In this document: positions 24,638 through 37,058 of the stretch, in pieces
Layout of the letters: every line of letters starts with the position of its first letter
How positions within the stretch are numbered: the stretch's first letter is position 1
Source: Eledone cirrhosa
Lineage: Eukaryota
Assembly (NCBI GenBank): GCA_964016885.1
Contig: OZ024742.1
Location: forward strand, 270,940,001 to 271,004,000
Direction: 5' to 3'
DNA: 64,000 nucleotides
Made by a program: the position numbers and the translations under genes
Notes under the pieces: model-generated
The model's input: only the letters and a program-made list of their open reading frames with translations
The model's database searches: none
What the model was told of the DNA's origin: nothing

Positions 24638-26372
24638 ACATGGATATAGAGTCTATGACAAAACCATTAATCACCTGTTCTACATGGATGACCTGAAACT
24701 ATTTGCAAAAAATGATGAACAATTGCAAGGGCTATTATCCACTGTGAAGCAGTTCAGTGATGACATTAAAATGGAGTTTGGACTGGATAAATGCGCCAAA
24801 GCAACGTTCACCAGAGGAAAGCTGCTGAAGAGTTCAGACATTAATCTTGATCGGAGGAACGTGATAAGAGAGCTTGATCAAGAACAAACTTACAAATATC
24901 TAGGTGTTTGTGAAGGAGACGGAATCAAGCACTCGACAATGAGGGAAAGGATAAGGAAGGAATGTTACCGCAGAGTCAGAGCAATCTTAAGAACGGAATT
25001 GAATGCAAGGAATAGGATCGATGCCATAAACACGCTTGCCATACCAGTAGTAACCTACAGTTACAATGTCATCAACTGGTCAAGCACAGAGATCCGTAGG
25101 CTCGATACAAAAATCCGAGAATTCTTAACCATGCACAGAATGCATCACCCTAAGGCAGACATAGATAGAATATATCTCCCTAGGAAAGAAGGAGGACGTG
25201 GGTTAATCCAGTTAGACATTGCGTTGAAAACTGCAACAATTGGATTATCCACATATCTAAGGGAATCAAATGATTGGATGATCAAACTCGTTTTGAAACA
25301 CGAAAGCACCAAAAGATCATATTCCATTACAAAAGATGCACAAAGATACAGTAATGGACTACAAATTTCAGAAGTCCCATTTACTGCTGAAATGGAAAAC
25401 ACAGAAAAAGCAAAGCAGGTAAAAGTAACTGCAAAGAAAGAACTGCTACAGAAACTGGCTAAGAAATGGCAAGAAAAGCCTCTGTATGGAAAATACCCAG
25501 AGCGAGCTAACAATCCTGATGTTGACAAAACTTTAACCCATCAGTGGTTGGCATCCTCTGGACTGAAATCGGAGACTGAAGGACTGATTATATCCGCACA
25601 AGATCAGTGTCTGCCAACAAAAAATTACCAAGCCAACATAATAAAAAATGGGTGCAGCCCATTATGCCGTGTATGCAAAAAACAACCAGAGACCATTGAC
25701 CATATAATCTCAATGTGCAGTCCTATAGCTCCAACCGAATACCTAAACAGGCATGACAGAGCTGCACAATACATACATTGGATAATGTGTAAGCATTTTG
25801 ACCTGCCCCATCAAAAGAATTGGTGGGAGCATCAACCACCTCCCATACTTGAAAAAGATCACATCTCAATCTTGTGGAACTTTAGCATCCAAACAGACCG
25901 AAAAATAGATGCAAATAGACCTGATATAATATTGAAGGACTTTCAAAGGAGGGTATGCCTGCTAATTGATATGTCTGTTCCAATAGACAAGAATGTATCT
26001 ATAAAAACATTTGAAAAATTGAGCAAGTATAAGGACCTGGAGATAGAAATTGGAAAAATGTGGAAATTGAGAACTAAAACAATACCAGTGGTTGTAGGCG
26101 CTCTGGGAATGATACCTAAGGGGTCTAACGACTACTTATCGCAAATCCCGGGAAACCCGCGTATAGGAGAAATACAAAAGATAGTACTAATGGGAACTGC
26201 CCATATACTAAGGAAGATCCTGTCAATATAAGTACATCACAAGTCTAAACACTAAGGATGCATGTGTGAATATGTGTGTTCTTTCTTGGACATGGCGGAC
26301 CTTGTTGTCTCTTGAGGTCACTGGTTGTGACTTGGTGATAACTCGTATAAACATAAAGCAAGATAAATGCAA
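24634..26372 (+). mobile_element. R4/Dong family A copy 1, 5'-truncated inside RT
   Basis: Open frame to 26231: INHLFYMDDLK, YKYLG, CRVC..H....C, RHD, NRPDII..LLID, KY; about 140-nt 3' UTR then AAT. Confidence 0.93.
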
Positions 26373-26393
26373 ATAATAATAATAATAATAATT

Positions 26394-27069
26394 ACCATAT
26401 AATTTCAATGTGCAGTCCTATAGCTCCAACCGAATACCTAAACAGGCATGACAGAGCTGCACAATACATACATTGGATAATGTGTAAGCATTTTGACCTG
26501 TCCCATCAAAAGAATTGGTGGGAGCATCAACCACCTCCCATACTTGAAAAAGATCACATCTCAATCCTGTGGAACTTTAGCATCCAAACAGACCGAAAAA
26601 TAGATGCAAATAGACCTGATATAATATTGAAGGACTTTCAAAAGAGGGTATGCCTGCTAATTGATATGTCTGTTCCAATAGACAAGAATGTATCTATAAA
26701 AACATTTGAAAATTTGAGCAAGTATAAGGACCTGGAGATAGAAATTGGAAAAATGTGGAAATTGAGAACTAAAACAATACCAGTGGTTGTAGGCGCTCTG
26801 GGAATGATACCTAAGGGGTCTATTGATTACTTATCGCAAATCCCAGGAAACCCGCGTATAGGAGAAATACAAAAGATAGTACTAATGGGAACTGCCCATA
26901 TACTAAGGAAGATTCTGTCAATATAAGTACATCACAAGTCTAAACACTAAAGATGCATGTGTGAGTATGTATGTTCTTTCTTGAACATGGCGGACCTTGT
27001 TGTCTCTTGAGGTCACCGGTTGTGACTTGGTGATAACTCGTATGAACATAAAGCAAGATAAATGCAACT

Positions 27070-27070
<1 letters not shown>
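26394..27070 (+). mobile_element. R4/Dong family A copy 2 (RLE domain plus 3' UTR)
   Basis: Near-identical to 25700-26372; flanked by AAT. Confidence 0.93.

Positions 27071-27143
<73 letters not shown>
27071..27143 (+). repeat. (AAT)n tract
   Basis: Perfect run. Confidence 0.97.
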
Positions 27144-27144
<1 letters not shown>

Positions 27145-30100
27145 GAAGAAGACGCACGAGGTGGCGGAGGTCATGAAATCGCTCCCGTAAGTTTTGAATT
27201 TTTAACATATTTAAATCATTTGTGAAATAACAACTCTTAGTACAAATGCTACGTAAAGCACCCGGCTTGAGCCCAACAAAAATTCGGACCCAATATATAT
27301 TGTTATAAGGCTCAAATATTCAAATATTCAACTTTGTATTGTACACTGTATATCCAAAAAAGAAAATGGCTATAAATGGAAGAAGAACCCCCCCCCCTCC
27401 TCTCCTCTATCTTCACTATATAGAACAGCCAAACTCACCAACACCAGAAACTAGATACACCACCCACCTCATCACCTGTGTACACTAAAGACAACAGCCA
27501 GATAAAAGCAATTTCACCACCACCGCTCACTACTGCCATCATTACCACCACTATCCCATCACCGCCGCCACCACTCCTTCACTCCTTCACTCCTTCACTG
27601 CTACCACCGCTACAACACCATCACTACAGTAATACTATCACATCACCACCACCACTGCCTCGGTATCGACATCACCACCACCACTGTCTCAGTATCGCTA
27701 CCGCCGCCAGTCTCCCACTTTTCCCGGATGGCTGCTGCCACCACATTATAGAATTCCTACTACTAAGAAAGAGGAAGGTATCAAAATATATAGATAGACT
27801 CAAAAGAAAAAAAGGAAAAACAAACAACAAAACCAAAGCAGCACAGCAGCAACAGCAAAAAACGAGAAAAACAAACAGAGAAAAACAAAAACAAAAAAAA
27901 AACAAAAAACGTAAAGAAAATAAGAATGAAGAGAGAAGCAGGCGGACGGACAGAGAAGAGGGGGGGGAAAACTAAAACTAAAAAAAACAAAAACTAAGTC
28001 AGACATTCGAACACTACATTACAATGAAACTTATGCTTATTCATTTGTTCGGGCCCTTTCTGCCTGTGTGTTTGTTTGTTTATGTGTGTTCGTATACAGC
28101 GTGGTGATAATGCCACACAAGGGCCAAGTGGAACGGCGAATCCACAGATGGCTATGTAACCATACATTCGCCAATCCTCGATAAGAGTGTTTAAATATCG
28201 AACATAAACAGTTCGAATAACGGTGAAATGGAGACTAGAACGTCATGTGAAAGACTCTCACCCAACAGGTGCCCCCTGGCTCAGCAGCAGGAACCTGACT
28301 GTCAACCAAATACTGCTGATGTTGGAGGAAGAAGAAAAAGGAAAGGGGCCAGAACCAACTGGACGAAAGAATTGAATAGAACTGTTATGCAATGTTACCT
28401 GAAAAGTAACCCCAAGGAGAGGGGCTACAGGAGACGAATGCATAACATCTGGAACGAGATTGGTCTATTTAAATTAGATGAACAAAAATTGGCCGGGCAG
28501 GCTCGGGTAATAAGAACTAATGGGTGGATAAGCGAGCTGGAACTGGAGGAACTGAGCAGAGAGAATGGCTTGGAGATGGCGGGTGTAGTATGCCAGACAA
28601 GCGAGCCAGTGGGAAATGAAGGTGAAGAGGTCCTGAGAACGGAGGAACCACCCGAAGCAGACAATGATCTGAATACTGAGGTTAATAATACCTGGAACAG
28701 AGATACGGCCACTGAGGAGATGAATGCTGACGGGCTAGGACAAGATTCGGTTGACATCCTAAATTTAGTGGTAGATGAATTGAACAATGATAGTGGGAGA
28801 CCTATGAACCTAAGATTTGTAGACAGGAAAAAGTTAAAAGAAACAACAGCTAAGGTAAACAAAGTCATCCCATACCTTGAGGCGAGGAGCCTTCACCAGT
28901 GCAACAATATCCTCAAAGCAACAGCAAATACGGTGAGGAAACTACTTGGTTTAAAAGCGAGAGGAAACAACAGACAAGAAAGAGCAGAGCCGTGGTGGAA
29001 GAAACGACTGAGTGGTCAAACCGGGGAAATGAGAAATGACATAGGAAAGCTTGAGTCACTACTGAATGGGACACTAAAAACATAGGCACTAAAAATAGAC
29101 TGGAAATAAAGTACAAAACTAGGAGGAAAAAGCTAAATATTATCATAGAGGAACTGAAGCAACGCATTGTAGCAAAGAGTGCAAAAATCAGGCGATACGA
29201 GAACAGAGTCAGTCGGTATAAACAGAACCGCATGTTCGACAACAACCAGAAGATGCTGTTTGGACAGCTTGAGGGGAAAGAAAGAGGCAACGACTTGATC
29301 CCTGGGGCGGAGCAAACTAAAACATTCTGGAGAGGAATATGGGAGCAGGATGTTAGACATAATGACCAGGCAGGGTGGATTGAGACAGTACAGAGGGAGA
29401 TCGGTGAGCAGGCACACCAACAAACTGATTTGAGTATCACAGTTGAAACTCTTAAGGGGCAGGCCAAAAAACTAACCAACTGGAAATCACCAGGCCCAGA
29501 TGGTGTGCAGGGGTATTGGATTAAAAATTTAACATCCCTCCACTCGAAGCTGACGGCCATGTTCAATGACTGCTTGGTGTCGGGTGAGGTGCCAGAGTGG
29601 TTGACAAAAGGTACCACAGTTCTGATAATGAAAGACCGAATCAAGGGTAATGATGTTACCAACTATAGACCTATCACATGTCTGTCCGTAATGTGGAAAC
29701 TGTTGACGAGCATTGTGTCTGAGGAAATCTACCATCACCTCCACACAAACAACTTGTTACCGGACGAACAGAAAGGATGCCGAAAGAAGTCACGTGGTAC
29801 AAAGGACCAGTTACTTATTGATAAGATGGTAATGGGGAATTGCAGGAGGAGACACACTGATCTTGCCATGGGATGGAAAGACTACAGAAAGGCATTTGAC
29901 ATGGTGCCTCATTCTTGGATCACCAAAAGCCTGGAGATCTTCAGGGTGGCAGATAACATCAGACAGTTGCTGGGCAGGAGTATGGGGTCCTGGGAGACAG
30001 AGTTGACATCAACTGTATCCTTGGGAAGCGTGAAGATCAAGGAGTATCAAGGAGTATCCTTGGGAAGCGTGAAGATCAAGAGAGGTATCTTCCAGGGAGA

Positions 30101-31730
30101 TAGCCTGTCCCCTCTGTTGTTTGTCCTTGCCCTGATGCCCTTGACCATTATGCTGCGAAAAGTGAGAGCAGGATACAAGTTGGGAAAGGGAGAGCTTACC
30201 ATCAATCACCTCCTCTTCATGGACGATCTTAAGCTCTTCGGGAAAAGTGAGAAGGAGTTGGATGTGCTTGTTGACACTGTCCGTATTTTCAGCAGTGATA
30301 TATGTATGCAGTTTGGTATTAGTAAATGTGGAACCATTGTGATGAGGAAGGGTATGTTGAGCAGAAGTAACGGGATCCAGATACCAACAGATGAGATGAT
30401 AAAGGAAATTGACTCTGAGGAAGGATACAAGTATTTGGGCGTTCTGGAGGCTGATAGCATAAAGAACAAAAAAATGAAGGAATTGTTAAGAACTGAATAC
30501 ATTCGGAGAGTAAGGAGCGTATTGAAGTCACATCTGAACAGCAGAAATGCCATAAGCGCAGTAAATTCCCGAGCTGTGTCTATTATTAGGTACAGTGCGG
30601 GAATTCTGAGATGGAATGTTGCTGAACAAAAAGAAATGGATAGGAAGACTAGGAAGCTATTGACTATCTACAACATGTTCCACAAGAGGAGTGATGTCGA
30701 TAGACTCTACCTAAGGACATCTGAGGGTGGAAGAGGTCTTATCAGCATAGAGGACTGTGTTCAGATGGAAAAAAACAACCTATACAAATACGTGACCTAT
30801 AGTAAGGAGCCAATGCTCAGAACTGTACTGAAGGAGGGGACAGTAGGCCAGGGGATGTCCAAGGATGAAATAACATCAAGGAGGAAGAGCAGCCTTAAGG
30901 GAAAATCCCTTCATAGTACCTTCTTTGAGAAAACTGAATTTAGAGATCCACAGAGATGGAACTGGTTGAGAAGAGGAGACCTCAAAAAGGCTACAGAAGG
31001 AATGCTAATGGCTGCGCAGGAGCAGGCCCTCAAAACGAAGTGGTTGAAGCACCATATTTACAAGGAGGAGGCTAGCCCACTGTGCAGGATCTGTGGAGAG
31101 AGAGAGGAGACTGTGGCTCACATTGTGTCCGAGTGTAAACACCTAGCCCAGACCCACTATAAGGGCTGGAGACACGATGTGATTGGCAGGGTGATCCACT
31201 GGCACCTGTGCAAAGTAAACAATTTACCACATTCTGAGAAATGGTATGAGCATATGCCAGTGGCGGCGATGGAGAACAATCAGGTGAAGGTGCTGGAGGA
31301 TTTTAGGATACAGACGGACAAAAAACTGGAACACAATAGACCTGACCTGGTGGTTGTGGACAAAGAAAAAAGATCGACAAAGAAAAAAGGATGTGGCTTG
31401 CCCTTTCGACACGAGAGTGCAAGAGAAGGAGAGGGAGAAAATTAACCGATACCAGGACCTAAAGTGGGAGGTGAAAAGGATTTGGAACTGCCATGAAGTC
31501 AAAGTGATCCCGATTGTCATAGGCGCACTGGGGACTATCTCCAAAAGTTTCCAGGGATGGTTAAAGAAAATCGGCCCCTTCACGCTTTTTGGAACGCTTC
31601 AAAAGGCATGCTTGCTTGGAACAGCAAGAACCCTCCGATACGTCCTGAATATCTGAGGCTGCAGGTAGTGGCTTGATATTCATTCCAACGGACTTTCCAG
31701 TTAACCAACATCAATGACTGAGATTCAAGG
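27144..31730 (+). mobile_element. R4/Dong family B copy 2, apparently full length
   Basis: About 1.1-kb leader, then ORF pieces 28228-29085, 29232-31445 and 31354-31656; colinear with 14169-18557; ends TTCAAGG + AAT. Confidence 0.93.
28228..31656 (+). pseudogene. Dong-type RT-RLE ORF, two frameshifts
   Basis: NYRPITCL, DYRKAFD, GIFQGDSLSP, LFMDDLK, CCHC, RHD, NRPD. Confidence 0.9.
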
Positions 31731-31739
31731 AATAACAAC

Positions 31740-31811
<72 letters not shown>

Positions 31812-31828
31812 GGAAGATAAATGCAACT

Positions 31829-31859
<31 letters not shown>
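31731..31859 (+). repeat. (AAT)n tract interrupted by a 22-nt Dong-A 3' terminus at 31808-31829
   Basis: TAAAGGAAGATAAATGCAACTG versus TAAAGCAAGATAAATGCAACTG at the Dong-A 3' ends. Confidence 0.88.
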
Positions 31860-32261
31860 GTCTGTTCCAATAGACAAGAATGTATCTATAAAAACATTTG
31901 AAAAATTGAGCATGTATAAGGACCTGGAGATAGAAATTGGAAAAATGTGGAAATTGAGAACTAAAACAATACCAGTGGTTTTAGGCGCTCTGGGAATGAT
32001 ACCTAAGGGGTCTAATGATTACATATCGCAAATCCCAGGAAACCCGCGTATAGGAGAAATACAAAAGATAGTACTAATGGGAACTGCCCATATACTAAGG
32101 AAGATTCTGTCAATATAAGTACATCACAAGTCTAAACACTAAAGATGCATGTGTGAATATGTATGTTCTTTCTTGAACATGGCGGACCTTGTTGTCTCTT
32201 GAGGTCACTGGTTGTGACTTGGTGATAACTCGTATGAACATAAAGCAAGATAAATGCAACT

Positions 32262-32262
<1 letters not shown>
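31860..32262 (+). mobile_element. R4/Dong family A, 3' 400-nt copy
   Basis: SVPIDKNVSIK..ILRKILSI* plus the same 3' UTR; AAT on both sides. Confidence 0.93.
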
Positions 32263-32294
<32 letters not shown>

Positions 32295-32310
32295 GAAGAA
32301 GAAGAAGAAG
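32263..32310 (+). repeat. (AAT)n followed by (GAA)n; right border of the array
   Basis: Read directly. Confidence 0.9.
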
Positions 32311-32331
32311 CTAATGTGCTCACCAGTGAGT

Positions 32332-32436
32332 CCAGTAGTGAGCTACAGTTTCAATATCCTGAATTACTCCTTAAATGATATACCTGGACTACAAAGTAAA
32401 TAGAGAAAGATTATGCACGCATTTAGAATTGCCATA
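32332..32436 (+). pseudogene. Ancient R4/Dong fragment
   Basis: Translates PVVSYSFNILNYSLNDIPGLQSK*RKIMHAFRI versus Dong-A PVVTYSYNVINWSSTEIRRLDTKIREFLTMHRM. Confidence 0.6.
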
Positions 32437-33717
32437 TCACTGGCTGTGCTTTCTACTATACTATGATCCATTTTCTTTATGTCTCTTGTGATCCTTTTTC
32501 TACATTGTCTTCCTTTGCAGTTGATGCCATATAATACAGTTCTAGTGTAAAAATATGTGAATAAAGATTATGTGAGTCTGCTCAACCGAACCCATGTAAG
32601 ATGGCTATCAAAATACAGCTATCTGGATAAAAAGTGCTTTCTGTGTGGTACTGAGTTGGATTCTATGAAATTCTATGAATCCAAAGTCTTGATTTCGAAT
32701 ATTACTGATGAATAAACTAATACAGCAAGATACATTGCAAAAGCCAAATATCGGCAAAAGTCTATTTCTTTTATTTATGCCTTCCTGCAAGCTCATTGGC
32801 ACTTCACAAACCTCAATAAATGTGTTCTACATAGAAAATGACACATTATTTCCGAATTTACTTTAAACAACCATTACCTCAGCCTTCATATGTCAAATAA
32901 CATTCAGTTTTAGGATTGCTCAGGCATTTCACACACCTGGTCTGAAAATTGGGTGTTGTTTATTTCAAAGATGTTATGAGCATTCAAAATAATATCAGCG
33001 ATAAACTGATCCATGCTTCAAAACAACATTATGTAGCTGGAACCTCAAATGGTTACTAAATGTAATAAACTACCTACAGAATCTCTGCAGTTGGTTTATT
33101 ACTTTCCCAACAATACTCTGTTGTGCAATTTTCTAGTATATTTCCTCCTCCCACTGTGCAAAGTGGGAATTAAAGTGGGAAGAATTGCATTGTGGGCAAT
33201 TTGTTCTTACCTTCCTTTATTTCTTTTCTATGTGGTTTCGGCTCTGCCAGCCATTATTGATTTAAAGGAAAATGTTATAATTCTTTGAAACCGCAATGTT
33301 TTTCATATAATTGTAATTAATAAAATATGTTGGTGGAGTGATTTGTTTGATAATATCTGTAAATCACCAACATTTGTAAATTTTCAGCATTTTCGCTGGA
33401 TTCGCATCTATTAAATAGATACCATGAATCATGTTTTTAACTATTTGATAAGTGCATATAGCCAGAACATCGTTATACCATAAACGCATAGTATAGTTTA
33501 AAATATATATCACTTTTCCCATGCAGTGAATTTTGTTGATCTTGTTGGAGTAACCAAGCCTTCATTCACTCAATATTCTGTTTCTATTCCTCTATCTATC
33601 AATTTCTCTATCTCCCACTAACCAATGATGAAACTAAGAACAGCTGATGACTAGGATTTCTGTGTTGTGTAGTCATTTATTGTCTCCTGTCATTGGTGCT
33701 TTTGTCCCATGTATACA

Positions 33718-33765
<48 letters not shown>

Positions 33766-33768
<3 letters not shown>

Positions 33769-34740
33769 GGCTAAAAAGTGAACTACCAAGAGGATGCAAT
33801 ATCCAAAAATGTATCTGTTTACCGCTTGGATCAAGATTTAGGAGTTACATAGTCAACGTATCGGGCATTTGCTCTTCAACAGGAATAAAAAATAAAAAAA
33901 ATTGCAAAAAAATAACGTGAAAGAGTAATAAAAATACAAATATATGAAAGGTTGTTAAAATGAAATTAAAAAGAGAAATATCAAAAACAACAATAAAATA
34001 GGAGATGGGGAATGTCCCGGCGTGCTGGTGTGGGTGTCGGGATAAGCGTGGCTAACTACAGTGTGTTGGTGGGGTGCACACTACGTTGGGTTTCGCGTTT
34101 GTATTTTAAGTGTTGTTGGTGAAGTTGTGTGTTTATACATGTGTGACGTGCGTATACTGGTATGAGGATGTTGGAGTGTTTAGTGTGGTTGCATATATAG
34201 GTGTATGCGTGTGCGCATCTGTGTGTGTCTGTCCGTAAGTAGTGGGGTGGATTTACGCGTCTAGTAGGATGCGACGTGGGTAGCTCCAGATTGGTAAAGG
34301 TAAGTTCCAGAATGGTAAGTCGAAATTCAAGAGGACCCCAATAAAATGAAATTGTGGGCAGTTGCAGGGAGTGTCTATGTGCTTGTGTGTACGGGAGATG
34401 GTAGAGACAGAGTGCTAAGGAACAACTCGGAGGTGGGGTGGGTCTTATATTGAATGGTTAGATGGAGTTTAGAGGACCGACTTTGAGGGAGTGTCTGATG
34501 GATGAAGGAGAAAATCGGGGTGACAGAGTCAATGCCAAATGCAGGAGGTGGTGCCGGTGATGGTTGCAGTGGTGGCGATGGTTGGGGCGTTGATAGCGTG
34601 TATATGACGTGTGGTGTTGGTGGTAGTACATTTGATGCTCGTGAGCGGATAGGCAAGCCCCACACATAAGAATACGAGCGAGCATGGGTTTTAGGTTGGT
34701 GTGGCAGCAATGTAAGCTGGGGGAGTCAGGTGTGTGTGTG
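33766..34740 (-). mobile_element. Probable decayed non-autonomous Penelope-like derivative
   Basis: Lies between TA tracts; decayed hammerhead-like motif on minus at 33852-33882 (CTGTTGA AGAGC AAAT GCCC GATACGTTGAC); composition resembles 53390-55600. Confidence 0.4.
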
Positions 34741-34786
34741 TACGCAAACTCACAAAAAAACACACACACACATAAATACACATATA

Positions 34787-34822
<36 letters not shown>

Positions 34823-34824
<2 letters not shown>

Positions 34825-34948
34825 TCGAAACGGCTTGAGCTCAGCCGTCGGGGTCCTACTCGTTCCTATTACCCACTCTACTACCCTAAGTATTGAGTAC
34901 TTTGGTGCGTTATGGTCCACCTGGTTCCTTACCACATCTCCTTCGTTA
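34823..34948 (+). mobile_element. Short PLE 3'-end copy starting at the 3' half of a hammerhead
   Basis: GTC-GAAACGGCT..AGCCGTC-GGGGTC plus tail; same family as 36640-36832 and 36856-37058; TA-flanked. Confidence 0.65.
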
Positions 34949-35026
34949 TATATAAATATATATATATATATATGTAAGTATGTATGTATACGTACATACA
35001 TATATGTATACAGATGTACAGTAGCA

Positions 35027-35108
<82 letters not shown>

Positions 35109-35230
35109 CAGGTACACATACATATATGCACGCATCAGTTTAGCGGACGCTTATTATACATACATACTTACATTTAAGTAAGTGCCATACTAAGAGTGAG
35201 AAATAAAATTTCGTTTTCATTTTATTTCAA

Positions 35231-35317
<87 letters not shown>

Positions 35318-35325
<8 letters not shown>

Positions 35326-35597
35326 TTAGAAATTATAAGCTTTCATAGTATTTTAGACTAAAGAAATGTCTAGCCGGAGAAATCGAAAAAGATGAGTGTT
35401 GCCATACATGCCGTACATGTCGTACATGTACGGCAACACTCATCTTTTTCCATTTCTCCGAGTGTCATAAACCCCACTACCAGGCTAGAAATTTCTTTAG
35501 TCTAAAATACGGTGAAAGCTTATAATTTCTAATTTCTAATTTCAAACTCGCGTACCGTCTCAAAAACATACATGTTTACGTTTATAATTTGGTTGTT

Positions 35598-35600
<3 letters not shown>
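35318..35600. mobile_element. Fold-back mini-element with a one-sided tail
   Basis: Imperfect inverted repeat 35318-35540, tail to 35600, TA on both sides. Confidence 0.7.
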
Positions 35601-35636
<36 letters not shown>

Positions 35637-35639
<3 letters not shown>

Positions 35640-36579
35640 TAGAACACTGGAATGTAATATCCGTAGTGGTAGAGCACTCAGTTCATGGGACGAGTTATGT
35701 AGAAGTGGTTACACAACAGTTTGTTCATCATACCTAGAACAATTGTTTCACCTTAGCGGATCCTCAGCTCGTAATGGACATGGTTATACTGAACAGGAAG
35801 GACAACCGTACGAACGCGCCTGAGCAGAAACCGGTCACTTCACACAAGCAACTAAAATGCGTGCGAGAGGTTTCAGGGAGATAACTGCGAAAGTCCGAAA
35901 AGTTTCTAGTTGATGAGAAAGTATGATGTTGTTGTAATTCAATCCGAGGCTTTGTAGTTATGCAAGAGGTATTGCGAGACGTGTGGACAACGTGTGAAGA
36001 ATTCATTTTCGTGTTTAGGCAATCACTATTGCATAATCTCTTTAGAATATTTATTCGTTCATCAATACATAGTCCACACGACGGATTTCCCATTGCGTAT
36101 GGCTTGGACTTTGTGATGGCTTTCCATTGAATGGAGTAGTCTATACTTGAGTCCTTGAGGGACCATACGTGGCTCGCGAGTTTCGTCGATGAACGTCTGT
36201 CCGAGTATCTAAAGGTCGACTGGTGGTTCAGGAAACGTTCCTTAAAGCGGCCCTCCACCATACCCACATAGGATTTGACCTCCTGTGGTTGATTTGGTCG
36301 GTTGGAAGTGACCACAGCTTCATAAATTATAGCGGGTGTGTTGCATTGCTGTTGGAGGGGATAAGCTTCGGGCTTACGACAAGAGAACCGTGGTGGGGTG
36401 TTGCTCCTAGGGCCGCTGGTGATGTGGGCCTTCATGTTCTTAGCGCAGGAATATCCTAGTTTTACTTGTCAGCTAAAGATGGAGCAGTATTCATGACATA
36501 TGGGAAAGTGTCTATCTAAGAGGGCTAGAAATGTTTTGCCTACACTGGTTTTAACGTTGAGTGAGAAGGGAGGAGAGAA

Positions 36580-36582
<3 letters not shown>
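35637..36582 (-). mobile_element. Penelope-like element, 3' fragment (linker plus GIY-YIG), decayed
   Basis: WFSPPFSLNVKTSVGKTFLALLDRHFP; AIIYEAVVT..YVGMVEGRFKERFLNH; homologous to the C-terminus of ORF 42798-44537. Confidence 0.85.
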
Positions 36583-36639
<57 letters not shown>

Positions 36640-36641
<2 letters not shown>

Positions 36642-36832
36642 CAATGGAATTGTGGTGAGGAACCAGATGGACCATAACGCACCACAGTACTCAATACTTA
36701 GTGTAGTAGAGTGGGTAATAGGCAAACGTATGACCCCGACGGCAGAGTTCAAGCCGATTTGACAGTTAATTCTGGACTGAAATAGCCGTCGAAACGGCTT
36801 GAGCTCTGCCGTCGGGGTCATACTTTTTCCTA
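36640..36832 (-). mobile_element. Fold-back PLE 3'-end derivative (older copy)
   Basis: Tail plus inverted repeat 36717-36832 built from the hammerhead 3' half. Confidence 0.7.
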
Positions 36833-36855
36833 TATATATATATATATATATATAT

Positions 36856-37058
36856 AACGAAGGAAATGTGGTAAGGAACCAGGTGGACCATAACGCACCA
36901 AAGTACTCAATACTTAGGTAGTAGAGTGGGTAATAGGAACAAGTAAGACCCCGACGGCTGAGCTCAAGCCGTTTCGACGGCTAATTCTGTACTATTGAGT
37001 ACAGAATTAGCCGTCGAAACGGCTTGAGCTCAGCCGTCGGGGTCTTACTTGTTCCTAT
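36856..37058 (-). mobile_element. Fold-back PLE 3'-end derivative (young copy)
   Basis: Perfect 61-bp arms 36933-36993 / 36998-37058, 4-nt loop, 77-nt one-sided tail. Confidence 0.8.

Noticed and set aside
32440-33300. Possible very old LINE RT remnant on minus (FRPG-like and WKVINQL-like words)
   Set aside because: Too fragmentary to support without a translated search.
33644-33650. CTGATGA
   Set aside because: No correctly placed stem II-GAAA-stem III downstream.
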